Shown in pieces: positions 36,477 to 47,325 of a stretch of DNA of 64,000 nucleotides. The notes below the pieces were generated by a model. That model saw only the letters and a list, made by a program, of their open reading frames with translations. It made no database searches and was not told the origin of the DNA. Position numbers and translations under genes: made by a program. How positions within the stretch are numbered: the stretch's first letter is position 1; each line of letters starts with the position of its first letter. This stretch comes from an uncultured virus (IMG/VR IMGVR_UViG_650377941_000004) (taxonomy: Duplodnaviria; Heunggongvirae; Uroviricota; Caudoviricetes): the IMG/VR virus record IMGVR_UViG_650377941_000004, one strand, 5' to 3'.

Positions 36477-37142
36477 ATGGAAAAGAATGTTTCTTCCGTC
36501 GCAGAACAGGACAAGACCGCTGAGGTTAAGAAGAACCCGAAGCTGATCGAGTTGGCCCGCCCGTACAAGTTTGATGATAAGGAGTATACCGAGATCGACC
36601 TGTCCGGTCTGGATGATCTGACCATCAAGGATGCGGTGCTCATCATCAAGAAACTGTACAACGAGGGCGAAATGGCCGTGATGATTACCCCTGAAACTGC
36701 GACTGCATACACCGACGCTCTGGCCGCTGCCGCAACGAAGCTCCCCATCGAGTTTTTCCAGCTGCTTCCCATCGGCGCAAGCAAGAAGGTTCGCCAGACT
36801 GTTCAGGCGTCGCTCCGTAGCGCCGCCGCAGAGGAAGATGGCGACGAGGACGAGCACAGCCACATCATGAAGTTCGGCAAGCCCTACACCTACAAGGGCG
36901 AAAAATACACCGAAGTTGACCTGTCAGGCGTGGCGAACCTTACCGGCATGAACGTCCGTCAGGCGGAAAACCGCATGGAGGAAGAAGATATTCGCGCAGC
37001 GGAAAAGACCCTGAACTACTATTACTGCTGCCTGATCGCATCTATGGCCACCGGTAAGGATGTGGCATTCTTCCTCGGCCTGCCGCTGGCGGAGGCTGTA
37101 CAGCTTCGCGCAGGGGTGAACCACAAGGATTTTTTCGCCTAA
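36477..37142 (+). CDS. Tail assembly chaperone (tandem domains)
   Basis: Duplicated PY...Y.E.DLSG...LT repeat; slippery T6 before the stop. Confidence 0.85.
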   Translation: MEKNVSSVAEQDKTAEVKKNPKLIELARPYKFDDKEYTEIDLSGLDDLTIKDAVLIIKKLYNEGEMAVMITPETATAYTDALAAAATKLPIEFFQLLPIGASKKVRQTVQASLRSAAAEEDGDEDEHSHIMKFGKPYTYKGEKYTEVDLSGVANLTGMNVRQAENRMEEEDIRAAEKTLNYYYCCLIASMATGKDVAFFLGLPLAEAVQLRAGVNHKDFFA

Positions 37143-37291
37143 AGGGCGGATACAAAACCATCAGAAAGGCGGCGATAGCCCTCGCCACGGCTACACACAC
37201 GAGTGCAGATTTCTACCTGAATCTGCCCGTGCGTGAGCTGGTGGAAATCAACGAGGAGGTGGCGGAGGAGTGGCAAAAAATCAAACCCTAG
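37130..37291 (+). CDS. -1 frameshift extension of the tail chaperone (E+E'-like)
   Basis: GAT TTT TTC; the -1 frame reads RLKGGYKTIRKAAIALATATHTSADFYLNLPVRELVEINEEVAEEWQKIKP*. Confidence 0.7.
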   Translation, partial: FFRLKGGYKTIRKAAIALATATHTSADFYLNLPVRELVEINEEVAEEWQKIKP

Positions 37292-40200
37292 AGCTTTCTA
37301 TTTTGATCGGCGGTCACGTTGATAACTCGCTGACGCAGGCTGTAAAGTCTGCGAATACTCAGCTCAGCAGTATGGCGAACGGCGCATCGAAACTGGCAGC
37401 GAATATCGCAAAAGTAACGGTGGGCATAGCCAGCGGCATTACAGCGGGGCTGGTAGATGCAACAAAAGAAGCAGTTGCATTTGAAAGCGAAATGCTTGAT
37501 GTGACGAAGTACGTTGGCGGTCTGACGGACGCGAACGGAAAGGTCAAAACGGACGCTTATGCGGAAATGTCGAAAGACATTCTTGACTTGAGCACACAAA
37601 TTCCGTACACCGCCAAAGAGCTGACACGTCTGGCAGCTGCGGCTGGTCAGTCCGGAAAGAGCATGGATGACCTAATAAGCGGCGGGTTTCTAAAGGACGT
37701 TGCCGAAATGGGCACGGCCATGGATATTTCTGCGGATCAGGCAGGCGACTGGGCAGCAAAGTGGGAAGTTGCATTCAACATAAACCACGATCAGGTCATG
37801 GAGCTGGCAGACCAGATTAACTATCTGGGTGCCCACTACGCAACGACCGCCGCTGAAATTGCCCAGACCGTAAACGACACCGGCTCTCTGGGTCAAATCG
37901 CTGGCATGGATGTTCAGAGCACGGCAGCGCTTTCTACAGCACTGCTGGCAATGGGCGTTGATTCTGGTAAAGTGGCAACATCCATCCGCCGGATGTATAC
38001 GAACCTTTCTATGGGTTCAAAAGCTACAGATGCACAGTCTGCGGCTTTTGAACAGCTGGGATTTACTGCGGAACAGTTTGCAAAGGATATGCAAAAAGAC
38101 GCCCCGGCAGCATTGAAAAGTTTGTTTACCGCTATCGGTACTCAGCCGAAAGACAAGCAAGTGGGTTATCTGAAAACTCTGCTCGGTCAGTGGGCCATTG
38201 AGAGTGGCGCAAAACTAACCGGCAATCTTGACTTGTTTGTGAAAACGCTGGACGACGTAGGCGATGCTTCTAAGTATAACGGCAGTATGTATAAAGAGTT
38301 TATGCTGAAATGCGAAACCTCTGAATCTGTATTGACGATGCTTGGGAGCGCATGGCGGGCCGTCCGCATTGAGGTTGGAAATAATTTCCTTCCGGTGCTG
38401 AAAGATGTAGCCGGGTTTGGCATCGAAAAGCTGAATGACCTCCGCGCCGCTCTGCCGGATATTGCAGAACGTGTAAGGCAGGTAATTGAGTATCTGCTGA
38501 ATAATGGCGATAAGGTAGCTACGACCATCGCGGGTATCGGCACGGCATGGGCAGGAATGCGGTTTGCACCGCAAATCCTGCAGGTGGTATCCAGCGCGAC
38601 GAAGTTTGCAAGCGGGGCGGCAAGCCCTGTGGGGCTTGTACAGAAGGGCGTGTCTGGCGCAGGAAAAGCTGGCAATCTGTGGCAGGCTGCAAAACTTGGA
38701 ACACAGCTGGCAAACAGCGCTGTTCCGGCGGGCAGCAATCCTAGCTTCGGGCAGAGAGTGCAGAACACCATCCTTGGTAGCGTCCTTGGAATGCAAAACA
38801 GCAAAAAGCTGTTTGGAGCAAAGACACCTGCTGGGATGGCAAAGGCAACGAGTGCGCTGTTTGGCAGCATTCAGCAGGCACAGGCTTCCGGCGGAATAAT
38901 CGGATTGTTGAAAGGCAGTTCGATAGGGCAATACGGAGCCAGAGTTGCAAGGTCTGCAAAAAATCTGGCGGGGACAGACTTTATTCAGAACACGGTCGGC
39001 GTTGGAAAGTGGATCGGCCAAAAAGTTGCCGGTACACAACTTGGCGGCTTTGTAGGGAACATGGGCCAAAAGGCTATGGGCTTTGGACAAGGATTGCTGG
39101 GCGGAGCAAAAAACATTGCAGGAACGGCAATTGGCGGCGTAAAAAATCTGGCAGGCCGCGCAGCATCTACTAAAGCTGGACAATTTGCCTTAAACGTTGG
39201 CGGGGGAATTGCGAAAGGAACAGGGGACACGTTCAAGTTCCTTGGTTCTGGACTGAGCCTAGCCAACACGGCGGTAGGCCCGATAGCCGGTAAATTGGGC
39301 GGTGCATTTATGGGATTGCTCGGCACCTTCGGCCCGGTGATTACCGGAATCGGTGGAATCATCGCAGTGGTCAGTCTGCTGGGAGATCACTTTGAGGACA
39401 TCCGCCAGATCGTCGGGAACGTGTTCGGCGAAAAGGGACTGGCAATGTTTGATGGATTTACGAGTAAAATCCACGATATTGCAGGCAACGTCCGAGATTC
39501 GGTGAGCAATGCATTCTCTTTGGAAAACCTGCAAAACATCCAGCAGAGCTTGAGCGGAAAGAGTATTTTCGGTATCGACGACTTGGGAACCACCTTCGGG
39601 GCAGTGATACCGATTATCGAATCGGTGAAAGGGCTGATTGGACAGATCGTAGACCTCGGAGTGAATCATATTAAGCCGCTGCTGGCTGATATTATGAGCT
39701 TCGCTGTAAACGAATTGTTCCCCGCAGTGTCGCCGCTGATAAGCATGATTATCAGTCTGGTTGGCACAACCCTGATAAACGCAATCAAGCTCGTCGTCGA
39801 TGTGATCCACGGACTACTGCCGGTGATTGAACCGGTTATTCAGGGCATCGTCGGGTTGATAAAGGGCATTGTATCGGTGACGATTACGGTTGCGAATGCA
39901 ATCATCGGCACGTTGAACAAATTGTCTTTTACGGTGCCTGATTGGGTGCCCGCCCTCGGTGGAAAACAATTCGGCTTCAACCTGAAAGAAGTTGCAATGC
40001 CTGCCTTTGCGAACGGCGGTTTTACTCACGGTGTCAGCATTGCAGGCGAAGCTGGAACAGAGGCGGTTATCAGCTTCAAGCCTAGTGTTCACGATAGCAA
40101 CGTCGAAAACTGGGTGCGTGCAGGCCGGATGCTGGGAGTGTCTGGCGAGGATGCAACTCGTGCGGCGGGTGTACGGTATTTTGCAAACGGCGGTTTCACC

Positions 40201-40773
40201 GACGGAAGCAAGGAAAAACTGGACAACCTGATTGATTTCTCCAAAGCATACGGTAAGTACGCACTGCGTTCCAATGGCATCCGAACCACCGGCGACGCTT
40301 TGTCGATGCTATGGACGGTCGCCAACAACTCAATGTCTGGTGACGCTTCGCTTGCACTGGCGGCGACCAGCCTTGCAGCTGATGTTGCTCCGCTTCTGCT
40401 GAACAAGTACCTCGGAAGTGACAGCCCTGTAACCACTGCACTGACCGAAGCAGCCAAAAACTACAACGGCGGCACGGTGCTTTCAAGCTGGCAGGACGGT
40501 GTCCTTACAGACACAGGAACGCCGCTTTATGTGCTGCCGCCGAGGGATACCGGGCGCACGCTGTCCGAAATCCCGGTGAGCGCATATCAGAATACACCTG
40601 TACCCGGCGGCAACGGCGGAAGCTCTCCGCAGTTTGTATTTGCTCCGAACATCACAATCACTGGTGATGCAGACCGCCAGCAGATTGCTTCGATTATGGA
40701 GGACGAGTACGAAAAGTTCAAAGCCTTTATGGACAAATACAACCGAGAAAACAATCGAACCCGGTATGCATAA
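37270..40773 (+). CDS. Tail tape measure protein (TP901 family)
   Basis: AFESEMLDV, AAAAGQSG, Gly/Ala-rich, FANGG...AGEAG.EAVI. Confidence 0.95.
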   Translation: MAKNQTLELSILIGGHVDNSLTQAVKSANTQLSSMANGASKLAANIAKVTVGIASGITAGLVDATKEAVAFESEMLDVTKYVGGLTDANGKVKTDAYAEMSKDILDLSTQIPYTAKELTRLAAAAGQSGKSMDDLISGGFLKDVAEMGTAMDISADQAGDWAAKWEVAFNINHDQVMELADQINYLGAHYATTAAEIAQTVNDTGSLGQIAGMDVQSTAALSTALLAMGVDSGKVATSIRRMYTNLSMGSKATDAQSAAFEQLGFTAEQFAKDMQKDAPAALKSLFTAIGTQPKDKQVGYLKTLLGQWAIESGAKLTGNLDLFVKTLDDVGDASKYNGSMYKEFMLKCETSESVLTMLGSAWRAVRIEVGNNFLPVLKDVAGFGIEKLNDLRAALPDIAERVRQVIEYLLNNGDKVATTIAGIGTAWAGMRFAPQILQVVSSATKFASGAASPVGLVQKGVSGAGKAGNLWQAAKLGTQLANSAVPAGSNPSFGQRVQNTILGSVLGMQNSKKLFGAKTPAGMAKATSALFGSIQQAQASGGIIGLLKGSSIGQYGARVARSAKNLAGTDFIQNTVGVGKWIGQKVAGTQLGGFVGNMGQKAMGFGQGLLGGAKNIAGTAIGGVKNLAGRAASTKAGQFALNVGGGIAKGTGDTFKFLGSGLSLANTAVGPIAGKLGGAFMGLLGTFGPVITGIGGIIAVVSLLGDHFEDIRQIVGNVFGEKGLAMFDGFTSKIHDIAGNVRDSVSNAFSLENLQNIQQSLSGKSIFGIDDLGTTFGAVIPIIESVKGLIGQIVDLGVNHIKPLLADIMSFAVNELFPAVSPLISMIISLVGTTLINAIKLVVDVIHGLLPVIEPVIQGIVGLIKGIVSVTITVANAIIGTLNKLSFTVPDWVPALGGKQFGFNLKEVAMPAFANGGFTHGVSIAGEAGTEAVISFKPSVHDSNVENWVRAGRMLGVSGEDATRAAGVRYFANGGFTDGSKEKLDNLIDFSKAYGKYALRSNGIRTTGDALSMLWTVANNSMSGDASLALAATSLAADVAPLLLNKYLGSDSPVTTALTEAAKNYNGGTVLSSWQDGVLTDTGTPLYVLPPRDTGRTLSEIPVSAYQNTPVPGGNGGSSPQFVFAPNITITGDADRQQIASIMEDEYEKFKAFMDKYNRENNRTRYA

Positions 40774-40785
40774 GGAGGTGGCCTG

Positions 40786-40989
40786 ATGTCTTACACGACA
40801 AAGAGCGGTGACACTTGGGATGGTATTGCAAAAACTGTCTACGGTGACGAGTTGAAAGCCGATGTGCTGATGACTGCCAACCGGGAGTATATCGAGGTGT
40901 ACAAGTTTGATTCCGGGGTGGTGCTTGCCACGCCGGAAGTGGAAGTTAAGGCAAAAACAGACGAAAGTCTGCCGCCTTGGAAAAGGTGA
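40786..40989 (+). CDS. Tail protein X (LysM-like)
   Basis: YTTKSGDTWDGIA...LPPWK. Confidence 0.9.
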   Translation: MSYTTKSGDTWDGIAKTVYGDELKADVLMTANREYIEVYKFDSGVVLATPEVEVKAKTDESLPPWKR

Positions 40990-40999
40990 GGTGTGAGGG

Positions 41000-41998
41000 A
41001 TGATTACGCCACGTCAAGCGTTCCTGACGCTTGAATATGACGGAAAGGACATTTCAAGCGACATCCGCAAAGATGTGGAAAACTTCACATACACCGATAG
41101 CGGTTCGGATTCGAGTGACAGCCTTTCTATTAAGGTAAACGCGATGGATCACAAGTGGATCGATTCGTGGATGCCAGACAAGGAAGCCGTGCTGCACCCG
41201 ACCCTCTGCACGACAAACTGGATCGTGCAGGGGGATAGAACCGTTTTGGATTGTGGAACGCTGGTAGTTGATGATCTGAGCTTTTCGGCCTGCCCGGATG
41301 TTTTGACGATTGGAGCGGTCGCCCGGCCAAACGGGACGAGCTTTCATGAAAAAAACAGAGAGCAGGTTTGGAAGAACACGAGCATCAAACGCATTGCAGA
41401 AACCATTGCTGGGCGGTACGGCTTGGAATGCAAGATGGATGCAGAGGATGTCAGCGTCGCTCTGAAAGAACAGGACGATAATGACAGCTCTTTCTTGCAG
41501 AAAATTTGCAGCACATACGGGCTGATCCTCAAAACATACCGGAACAAAATCTGGATTTTTGACCGTGAAAAGTACAAGAAAAAGGATTCGGTAGCAACGG
41601 TAAAACCGATTGACATTGTGCCCGGCTCGTTGAGCTGGAACACAACGCTGGCAGGAACATACACCGGAGGCGAGTTCACTTATTCCAACCAAAAGAAAAA
41701 AGTGAATATCAAGGTGACAATCGGAACGGCAGACCGGATGTTGAAGCTAAACCAGTATGCATCAAGTGAAGCGGACGCAAAACGGCAGCTGCAGGCGGCT
41801 ATCGACAACAAAAACCATTCGGCTACAACCATTTCCTTTACAACTATGGGAAACCTGACATATTGCGCGACGCAGTGTATTGACGTGGAAGGATATGGGA
41901 AAATCGACGGAAAATATTACATGGACAGTGTAGGGCACACCATGAATAAATCCGGCGGTTTTGTGACGAAGGTCTCAGCAAGCAGAGTGGGAGGGTGA
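41000..41998 (+). CDS. Late control D/baseplate hub protein
   Basis: FTYTD..SDS, EQ.DNDSSFL, GKIDGKYY...V.H. Confidence 0.9.
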   Translation: MITPRQAFLTLEYDGKDISSDIRKDVENFTYTDSGSDSSDSLSIKVNAMDHKWIDSWMPDKEAVLHPTLCTTNWIVQGDRTVLDCGTLVVDDLSFSACPDVLTIGAVARPNGTSFHEKNREQVWKNTSIKRIAETIAGRYGLECKMDAEDVSVALKEQDDNDSSFLQKICSTYGLILKTYRNKIWIFDREKYKKKDSVATVKPIDIVPGSLSWNTTLAGTYTGGEFTYSNQKKKVNIKVTIGTADRMLKLNQYASSEADAKRQLQAAIDNKNHSATTISFTTMGNLTYCATQCIDVEGYGKIDGKYYMDSVGHTMNKSGGFVTKVSASRVGG

Positions 41999-42002
41999 CA
42001 CG

Positions 42003-42620
42003 ATGAGCAGCGTCATTCGCATTGGCACAGTGTCCAAAGTGAATTACGAGGATGGCACAATTGAAGTTGCATATGAAGATCGGGACGGTTCTGTGACCGA
42101 TGAAATCTGTGTGGTTTCAAATGCGCTGTACCGGATGCCGGTTGTCGGTGCTATGGTTTGCGTTCTCCACAATTCCGATAGTCAGGAAATGGGAACGTGC
42201 ATCGGAACGTTCTGGAATGAGGATAACAAGCCGGTCGGTGGAAAGAAACAACGTTACCGGTATGACTACAACGATAAGAAGGGCAAAGCCTTTGAACAAT
42301 ACGATGGAGATAGCGGAGACTATGAAGAAAAAATCGACGGGAATGCAAAAGAGACCATCGGTAAAAATCTGGACTTCACTGTTGGTGGGGACGTGACCTT
42401 CAAGGTCGGGGCTTCGACCGTCAAGGTTTGCCAGAGCGGAACGATTGAAATTACCGGAACGACGGTGAAAATCACAGGAGCAACGGTGAATATTTCGGGC
42501 GGCTCTGGCGACTGCAAAATCAATGGCGTAAGCCTTGTGAATCACAAGCACGAACATGACGGGTCGGCAAAAGCTGGCCCGTATACTGTTTCGGGGAATA
42601 CCGGCGTCCCGGTAAAGTGA
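42003..42620 (+). CDS. Baseplate spike protein (gpV)
   Basis: IRIGTVS, MPVVG..V, SLVNHKH. Confidence 0.9.
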   Translation: MSSVIRIGTVSKVNYEDGTIEVAYEDRDGSVTDEICVVSNALYRMPVVGAMVCVLHNSDSQEMGTCIGTFWNEDNKPVGGKKQRYRYDYNDKKGKAFEQYDGDSGDYEEKIDGNAKETIGKNLDFTVGGDVTFKVGASTVKVCQSGTIEITGTTVKITGATVNISGGSGDCKINGVSLVNHKHEHDGSAKAGPYTVSGNTGVPVK

Positions 42621-42633
42621 GGGGGTGTTCTTT

Positions 42634-43035
42634 ATGGCATGGGGCAGCATCGGTAGCTTTGCTGGACTGGTGTTTACAGTATCAAGTTGGCGAGTTCTTA
42701 CGCCGGACAACATCAGTGGAAGTACGTCGAGCAACTGGGCGACGCACAGCGTGATCGGCGGAAAAGATAAAAGCGAATATGTAAGTCCCGGCCTGCGAGA
42801 GTATCAGTTCAACATTACGCTTAGTTCAAGGCTGGGAGTAAATCCGCGAAAGGTCTTTGACGCCCTAATGGATTTGTGCGAAGCCGGAGCAGTAGACTAC
42901 TTCATCATCAACAACAGGCCGGTTTCTCAAAATCCGTTTATGCTTGAAAAAGTAGCGGATGAATGGGGCGCGGTACATCGGTTCTGGGGACTGACAAGCG
43001 GAAAGCTGACCTTGACGCTAAAGGAGTACACATGA
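42634..43035 (+). CDS. P2 GpU-like tail protein
   Basis: GSF..LVF, WATH..IG.K...EY..PGL, LKEY. Confidence 0.85.
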   Translation: MAWGSIGSFAGLVFTVSSWRVLTPDNISGSTSSNWATHSVIGGKDKSEYVSPGLREYQFNITLSSRLGVNPRKVFDALMDLCEAGAVDYFIINNRPVSQNPFMLEKVADEWGAVHRFWGLTSGKLTLTLKEYT

Positions 43036-43358
43036 GCGGTGAGCTGGAAAAGCTGATACTGGGCGATATTGATGTAGAGATCAATCCGTCTGAAAGCACA
43101 GAAGAACGGGATGTATATAACTGTCTCAAGACGCTTTATGGGAGCCGAGAAGGTGAACAGGCACTTGACCGGGAGTTTGGCCTGAACATGGACTGCTTGA
43201 GCCTGCCAGCCGAAGCTGCCGAAGCGAAGCTCACGGCAGAGATCATCCGAAAGACAAAAAAGTACGAACCGAGGGCACAAGTGCTGGAAGTAAGCTATGA
43301 AACCAGCCGAAGCCAGCAGGGGAACATTCGACCGAAGGTGGTGATAAACATTGTCTAA
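43032..43358 (+). CDS. Baseplate wedge gpW/gp25-like protein
   Basis: LDREFGL, KYEPRA. Confidence 0.85.
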   Translation: MSGELEKLILGDIDVEINPSESTEERDVYNCLKTLYGSREGEQALDREFGLNMDCLSLPAEAAEAKLTAEIIRKTKKYEPRAQVLEVSYETSRSQQGNIRPKVVINIV

Positions 43359-44532
43359 TATCGCTGAATTTGCCGAAATCCCGGAGTATAGCGTCACAGA
43401 TAATATGACGCTTGAGGATGTAAATAATCTGGTGACAGAAATTTACACCCGAAATTACAAAGCGGTAAACGGAACAACCCCGCCGTTGCACAGTGCTGAC
43501 CCAATCACTCTTACGCTGAAAAGTATTTCTGAGCTGTATTACATGGTGCTGCAGGTTGCAGAAAAAAGAACCCGCTGCGCCTTGCTGAAAACAGCAACGG
43601 GTGCAGCGCTGGATAATATGGGGCTTCCGTTCGGCGTGAAGCGGAATGAAGCAACCTATGCAACGGTGACAATCCGATTTAATCTTTCGGCTGAACAAAA
43701 AACAGTTGTAATGATTCCACAGGGAACCCGCGTCAGAACTGCCGCGGGTATTTATTTTGCCACAGCGGCCTATGCACAGATTGCCATTGGCGAGACCTAT
43801 GTTGATGTGTTGGCGCAAGCCGAGGTGGTAGGAGCCAGCGGAAACGACGTTCCAATCGGCGTTGTCGATACGCTGGTAGACGCCATTCCTTATGTTGCGG
43901 CAGTGGAGAATGTGGATACATCCAGCGGCGGCGCAGACGCGGAAAGCGACGATAGCTTGACCCGGCGGATTTGGCTGTCACCGACAACGTATAGTTGCGC
44001 AGGGCCGCGAGACGCCTACGAGTATTGGGCAATGAGCTTCCGCTCTGATGTGGAAAATGCAATTGCAGTCAGTCCACGGAGCCAGCCTTGCACAGTGTAT
44101 ATCTTTTTCATGCTGACGGGCGGAAGGATGCCGAGTGAAAAGGATATGAGCGAAATGCAAGCATATCTGATGAACGAAGCTCGACGCCCCATGACAGATC
44201 AGGTGATCTGTAAGGCCCCGGAAGAAGTGGAGTACGGAATTGACTTTACCTATTATATCGGAGCGGGCAACGCGAAGGGCGCAAGTATTGTTCAGGAAAA
44301 CGTTACAAAAGCTGTTGAGGAATTTCAGCAGTGGCAGCGCTCCATCGGGAGAGACATTAGCCCGATGGAATTGATTTATCGCTTGCGTGTCGCTGGCGTA
44401 AAACGAGTAGAGCTTAGACAACCGGTTTACATGGTAGTCGAAGGCGGTTCGGATTTGGAAAAAGCAACAGTGCAAATCCCAAAACTGAGCGGAACCCCGA
44501 CGATCATCTACGGAGGTGTCGAGGATGATTAA
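43351..44532 (+). CDS. Baseplate J protein
   Basis: ATGAALD, GGADAESDD.L, AGP..AYEY, RPMTD.V. Confidence 0.92.
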   Translation: MSNIAEFAEIPEYSVTDNMTLEDVNNLVTEIYTRNYKAVNGTTPPLHSADPITLTLKSISELYYMVLQVAEKRTRCALLKTATGAALDNMGLPFGVKRNEATYATVTIRFNLSAEQKTVVMIPQGTRVRTAAGIYFATAAYAQIAIGETYVDVLAQAEVVGASGNDVPIGVVDTLVDAIPYVAAVENVDTSSGGADAESDDSLTRRIWLSPTTYSCAGPRDAYEYWAMSFRSDVENAIAVSPRSQPCTVYIFFMLTGGRMPSEKDMSEMQAYLMNEARRPMTDQVICKAPEEVEYGIDFTYYIGAGNAKGASIVQENVTKAVEEFQQWQRSIGRDISPMELIYRLRVAGVKRVELRQPVYMVVEGGSDLEKATVQIPKLSGTPTIIYGGVEDD

Positions 44533-45292
44533 GCTGCAGGACGCGAGAATTGCAGATGGACTGCCGCGGGTCGTTGCTGAACAGCCGTGGGCAAAGGTGC
44601 TGTCTGCAGTATACGGGGAACTTCAAGGCCGGATGCTGGAATATCTGGCAACGGGCATGACGTTCTCGGATGTGGATAACTGTAGCGAGGGAATGCTGGA
44701 TCAAATGGCAATCTATCTCAAAATCGAATGGTACGATTCTGCCGCCGATATTGAGACGAAGCGTAAGCTCGTAAGAACCGCAATTGAAATCCAGCGTTAT
44801 GCAGGAACGGTAAAGGCTGTTCGTGAACAGGTGGAGACAATTTACAAAAAAGCCAGAATTGAGGAATGGTTCTCGTATGGGGGGACACCGGGATTCTGGA
44901 AACTGTATGTTGACATCACCGACGATCAGGAAACATATCACACCGCAGCAGAAATGGAAAAGCTGCTGGGCTACACAAAACGCTGCACTGCTCACCTTGA
45001 GCACATCATCTACACCATCGAACCGCATGAAAGATCGCCCGCCTACATCGCCGCCGTACCATGCGGCATGGCGACATCCTGCACCGTAAAGGTCCCCGGT
45101 AGGATCAAGCCGCGGGAAGTTGGCGCAAAGGCGTATGTTGCCGGTGCGGTCGGAAGATCGAAAATGCAGGTTGCCGTGGCGCTGCCCGGTGCCGTTGAAG
45201 CAAAGGCAGTGAAAGCACGAGCCTTTACGGCGGGCACTGTTGAGCGGTCGCACACGGCGATAAACATTGTTATTGGAGGACAGACAACGTGA
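44525..45292 (+). CDS. Tail protein I (P2-like)
   Basis: LDQMA, GTVKAV, IEEWFSYGG.PG. Confidence 0.85.
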   Translation: MIKLQDARIADGLPRVVAEQPWAKVLSAVYGELQGRMLEYLATGMTFSDVDNCSEGMLDQMAIYLKIEWYDSAADIETKRKLVRTAIEIQRYAGTVKAVREQVETIYKKARIEEWFSYGGTPGFWKLYVDITDDQETYHTAAEMEKLLGYTKRCTAHLEHIIYTIEPHERSPAYIAAVPCGMATSCTVKVPGRIKPREVGAKAYVAGAVGRSKMQVAVALPGAVEAKAVKARAFTAGTVERSHTAINIVIGGQTT

Positions 45293-46416
45293 GTTGGGAA
45301 AAATCTAACTACACCGCCGCCGGTGCCGCCCTGCTGTCGGAATCTCTCTCCGGTGGTGCGCTGGTAATCACCCGCGCTGTGAGCGGCACCGGCACGGCAG
45401 ACGCAGACCTTTCGGAGGAAACCGGGGTAAGCGGCGAAACACATGACCTGAAATTGCTGGACATCGAAACTGTTGAAAGCAACGGCGAAACTGCCCGGCG
45501 GGTAAAAATCCAGATCACCGGTGCGGATGAAACGTACATCATGCATCAGGTGGGCGTTTACGGCAGGCTGAACGACGATGCAGAAACACTCCTGTTTATT
45601 ATGCAGGATGCACGCGGAGTGGAGGTCCCGTCCACGAAAGTGAACGGCGATTTTGAAATTGAGCTGTCGGCGCTGCTTGCTGTGTCGAACAAGGCCAATA
45701 TCAGCATTACCGTTGACCCGCAGATGCAGGCTCTCGCAAAGCTGGTCAAGGCCGAGATCGAGAAGCACAACGCCGACGCCAGTGCCCATGCGGCGACTAT
45801 CACGGCAGCGGTCAGCGCAGCCGTGAAGAACCTGTCTGAATCCGGGGAAATCCTGAACGAAGAACAGGTAAAGGCTCTTATCAAGGAGCAGGTGGACGGC
45901 GGCACAGGCGGCGGCTACTATGGCTCCTACAAACTCACCCTTGCAGCTGACGAGTGGAAGCCCGCCCGCAGCGAGGATGATTACGAAAACGCTGGCGGTA
46001 TGGATTACTACCAGTGCATTTATGATGCAGAACTGTCGGACAGCACCAGCGAGCTTGTACCCGTTGGCGTTGTATCTCCCGGCAGCTTCTATACTACGAC
46101 CAAAGCGGGCGTCCTGAACGGGTGCGAAACGCATGATGGTTTCATCAGATTTTTCGCTCAGCGCATCCCGGAAGCAGATATTCAGGCGACCGTAACCCTG
46201 TTCGGGAAAGGAGATGGTTCGGGTGAAACCGGTAGCGTAAGCATCGGTCAGGGCTTGAAGCGCGACGCAAGCGGCGCTATTGCCGTCCGCATCGGCGAAG
46301 GTCTTGACTTCGACAGCGCAAACGCGCTGACCGTCCGCAAAGAAACCGTTATGACGAGTGAAGACCTGCTCGACGAGGAAGAAACGCAGCAGGAAATCGT
46401 TGATATGCTGAAATAA
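45289..46416 (+). CDS. Tail fiber/collar protein
   Basis: T.AG..L...ITRA.SG.G collar-like N-terminus; HN.D.SAH motif. Confidence 0.75.
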   Translation: MSWEKSNYTAAGAALLSESLSGGALVITRAVSGTGTADADLSEETGVSGETHDLKLLDIETVESNGETARRVKIQITGADETYIMHQVGVYGRLNDDAETLLFIMQDARGVEVPSTKVNGDFEIELSALLAVSNKANISITVDPQMQALAKLVKAEIEKHNADASAHAATITAAVSAAVKNLSESGEILNEEQVKALIKEQVDGGTGGGYYGSYKLTLAADEWKPARSEDDYENAGGMDYYQCIYDAELSDSTSELVPVGVVSPGSFYTTTKAGVLNGCETHDGFIRFFAQRIPEADIQATVTLFGKGDGSGETGSVSIGQGLKRDASGAIAVRIGEGLDFDSANALTVRKETVMTSEDLLDEEETQQEIVDMLK

Positions 46417-46435
46417 TTTTTAGGAGGACACTATT

Positions 46436-47305
46436 ATGTCTAAGCAGATTTCTACCAAGACCACCATCCGCAACCTGACCGCTGAGATCAAGAAGACTTT
46501 CGTCAAGAAGGACGCCTTTACCCCTGTGCAGGCCGCAGCCAACGCTGCTATCAAGTCTCTTGGCGTTGACGGCAACACCGTGAACTTCTACACCTCTACC
46601 GACAAGAGCGGCACTGCTGCTTTCTCCGTTGACTTCCCCTCTGAGCTGTTCCTCGACCAGACCAAGACCACCTTCGTGGCCAAGTTCAAGTTCGATGCTG
46701 CGACCTACCCCGGCGCTACCGACCCCAAGCTGGACGGCAAGCCCGTCATGGTGCTGGCCGTCAAGGGCGAGAATCCTGACTCCTGCACCTACTCTTTCCT
46801 GAGCATGGCTGCGCTGGTGGATACCTACAAGGCTAAGGCCGTCGGCAAGGATGCTTCCACCACCGTTACCATCGCTGGCTATGAGGTGGATGTCAAGGTC
46901 AATGTTTCCGCTGCTGCAGGCAACGCTCTGACCCTGAAGGACGACGGTCTGTATGTTCCCACCCCTGAGGAAGTGGACATTTCCGGCAAGGCCGATAAGG
47001 TCACTGGTGCTACCACCGGCAACCTCGCTGCGCTGGACGGCGAGGGCAACCTGACCGACAGCGGCAAGAAGCCTGCCGACTTTGTGGCCGCCGAGGCTGG
47101 CAAGCGCCTGATGACCGATGCCGAGGGCGAAAAGCTGGCCGGTGTCTCTGAGGGTGCCACCAAGACCGCAGCCAGCTCCACCAACGGCAATGTGAACATT
47201 GACGGCAAGGAAGTCGTCGTGTACACCGAGCCGGAGAATGTTCTGCACGACGAGGATGTGGAGGACTTCTCCGCAGAGGAGATCGCCGCTCTGCTGGCTG
47301 ACTAA
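46436..47305 (+). CDS. Tail-associated structural protein
   Basis: DISGKADK...GNLAALD.EGNLTDSG fiber-type motif; strong codon bias. Confidence 0.7.
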   Translation: MSKQISTKTTIRNLTAEIKKTFVKKDAFTPVQAAANAAIKSLGVDGNTVNFYTSTDKSGTAAFSVDFPSELFLDQTKTTFVAKFKFDAATYPGATDPKLDGKPVMVLAVKGENPDSCTYSFLSMAALVDTYKAKAVGKDASTTVTIAGYEVDVKVNVSAAAGNALTLKDDGLYVPTPEEVDISGKADKVTGATTGNLAALDGEGNLTDSGKKPADFVAAEAGKRLMTDAEGEKLAGVSEGATKTAASSTNGNVNIDGKEVVVYTEPENVLHDEDVEDFSAEEIAALLAD

Positions 47306-47325
47306 GACATGAGGAGGTAAGCTCT

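Noticed and set aside
40006..40200. Duplicated FANGGFT motif in the tape measure gene
   Set aside because: A common motif in tape measure C-termini; no evidence of an inserted element.
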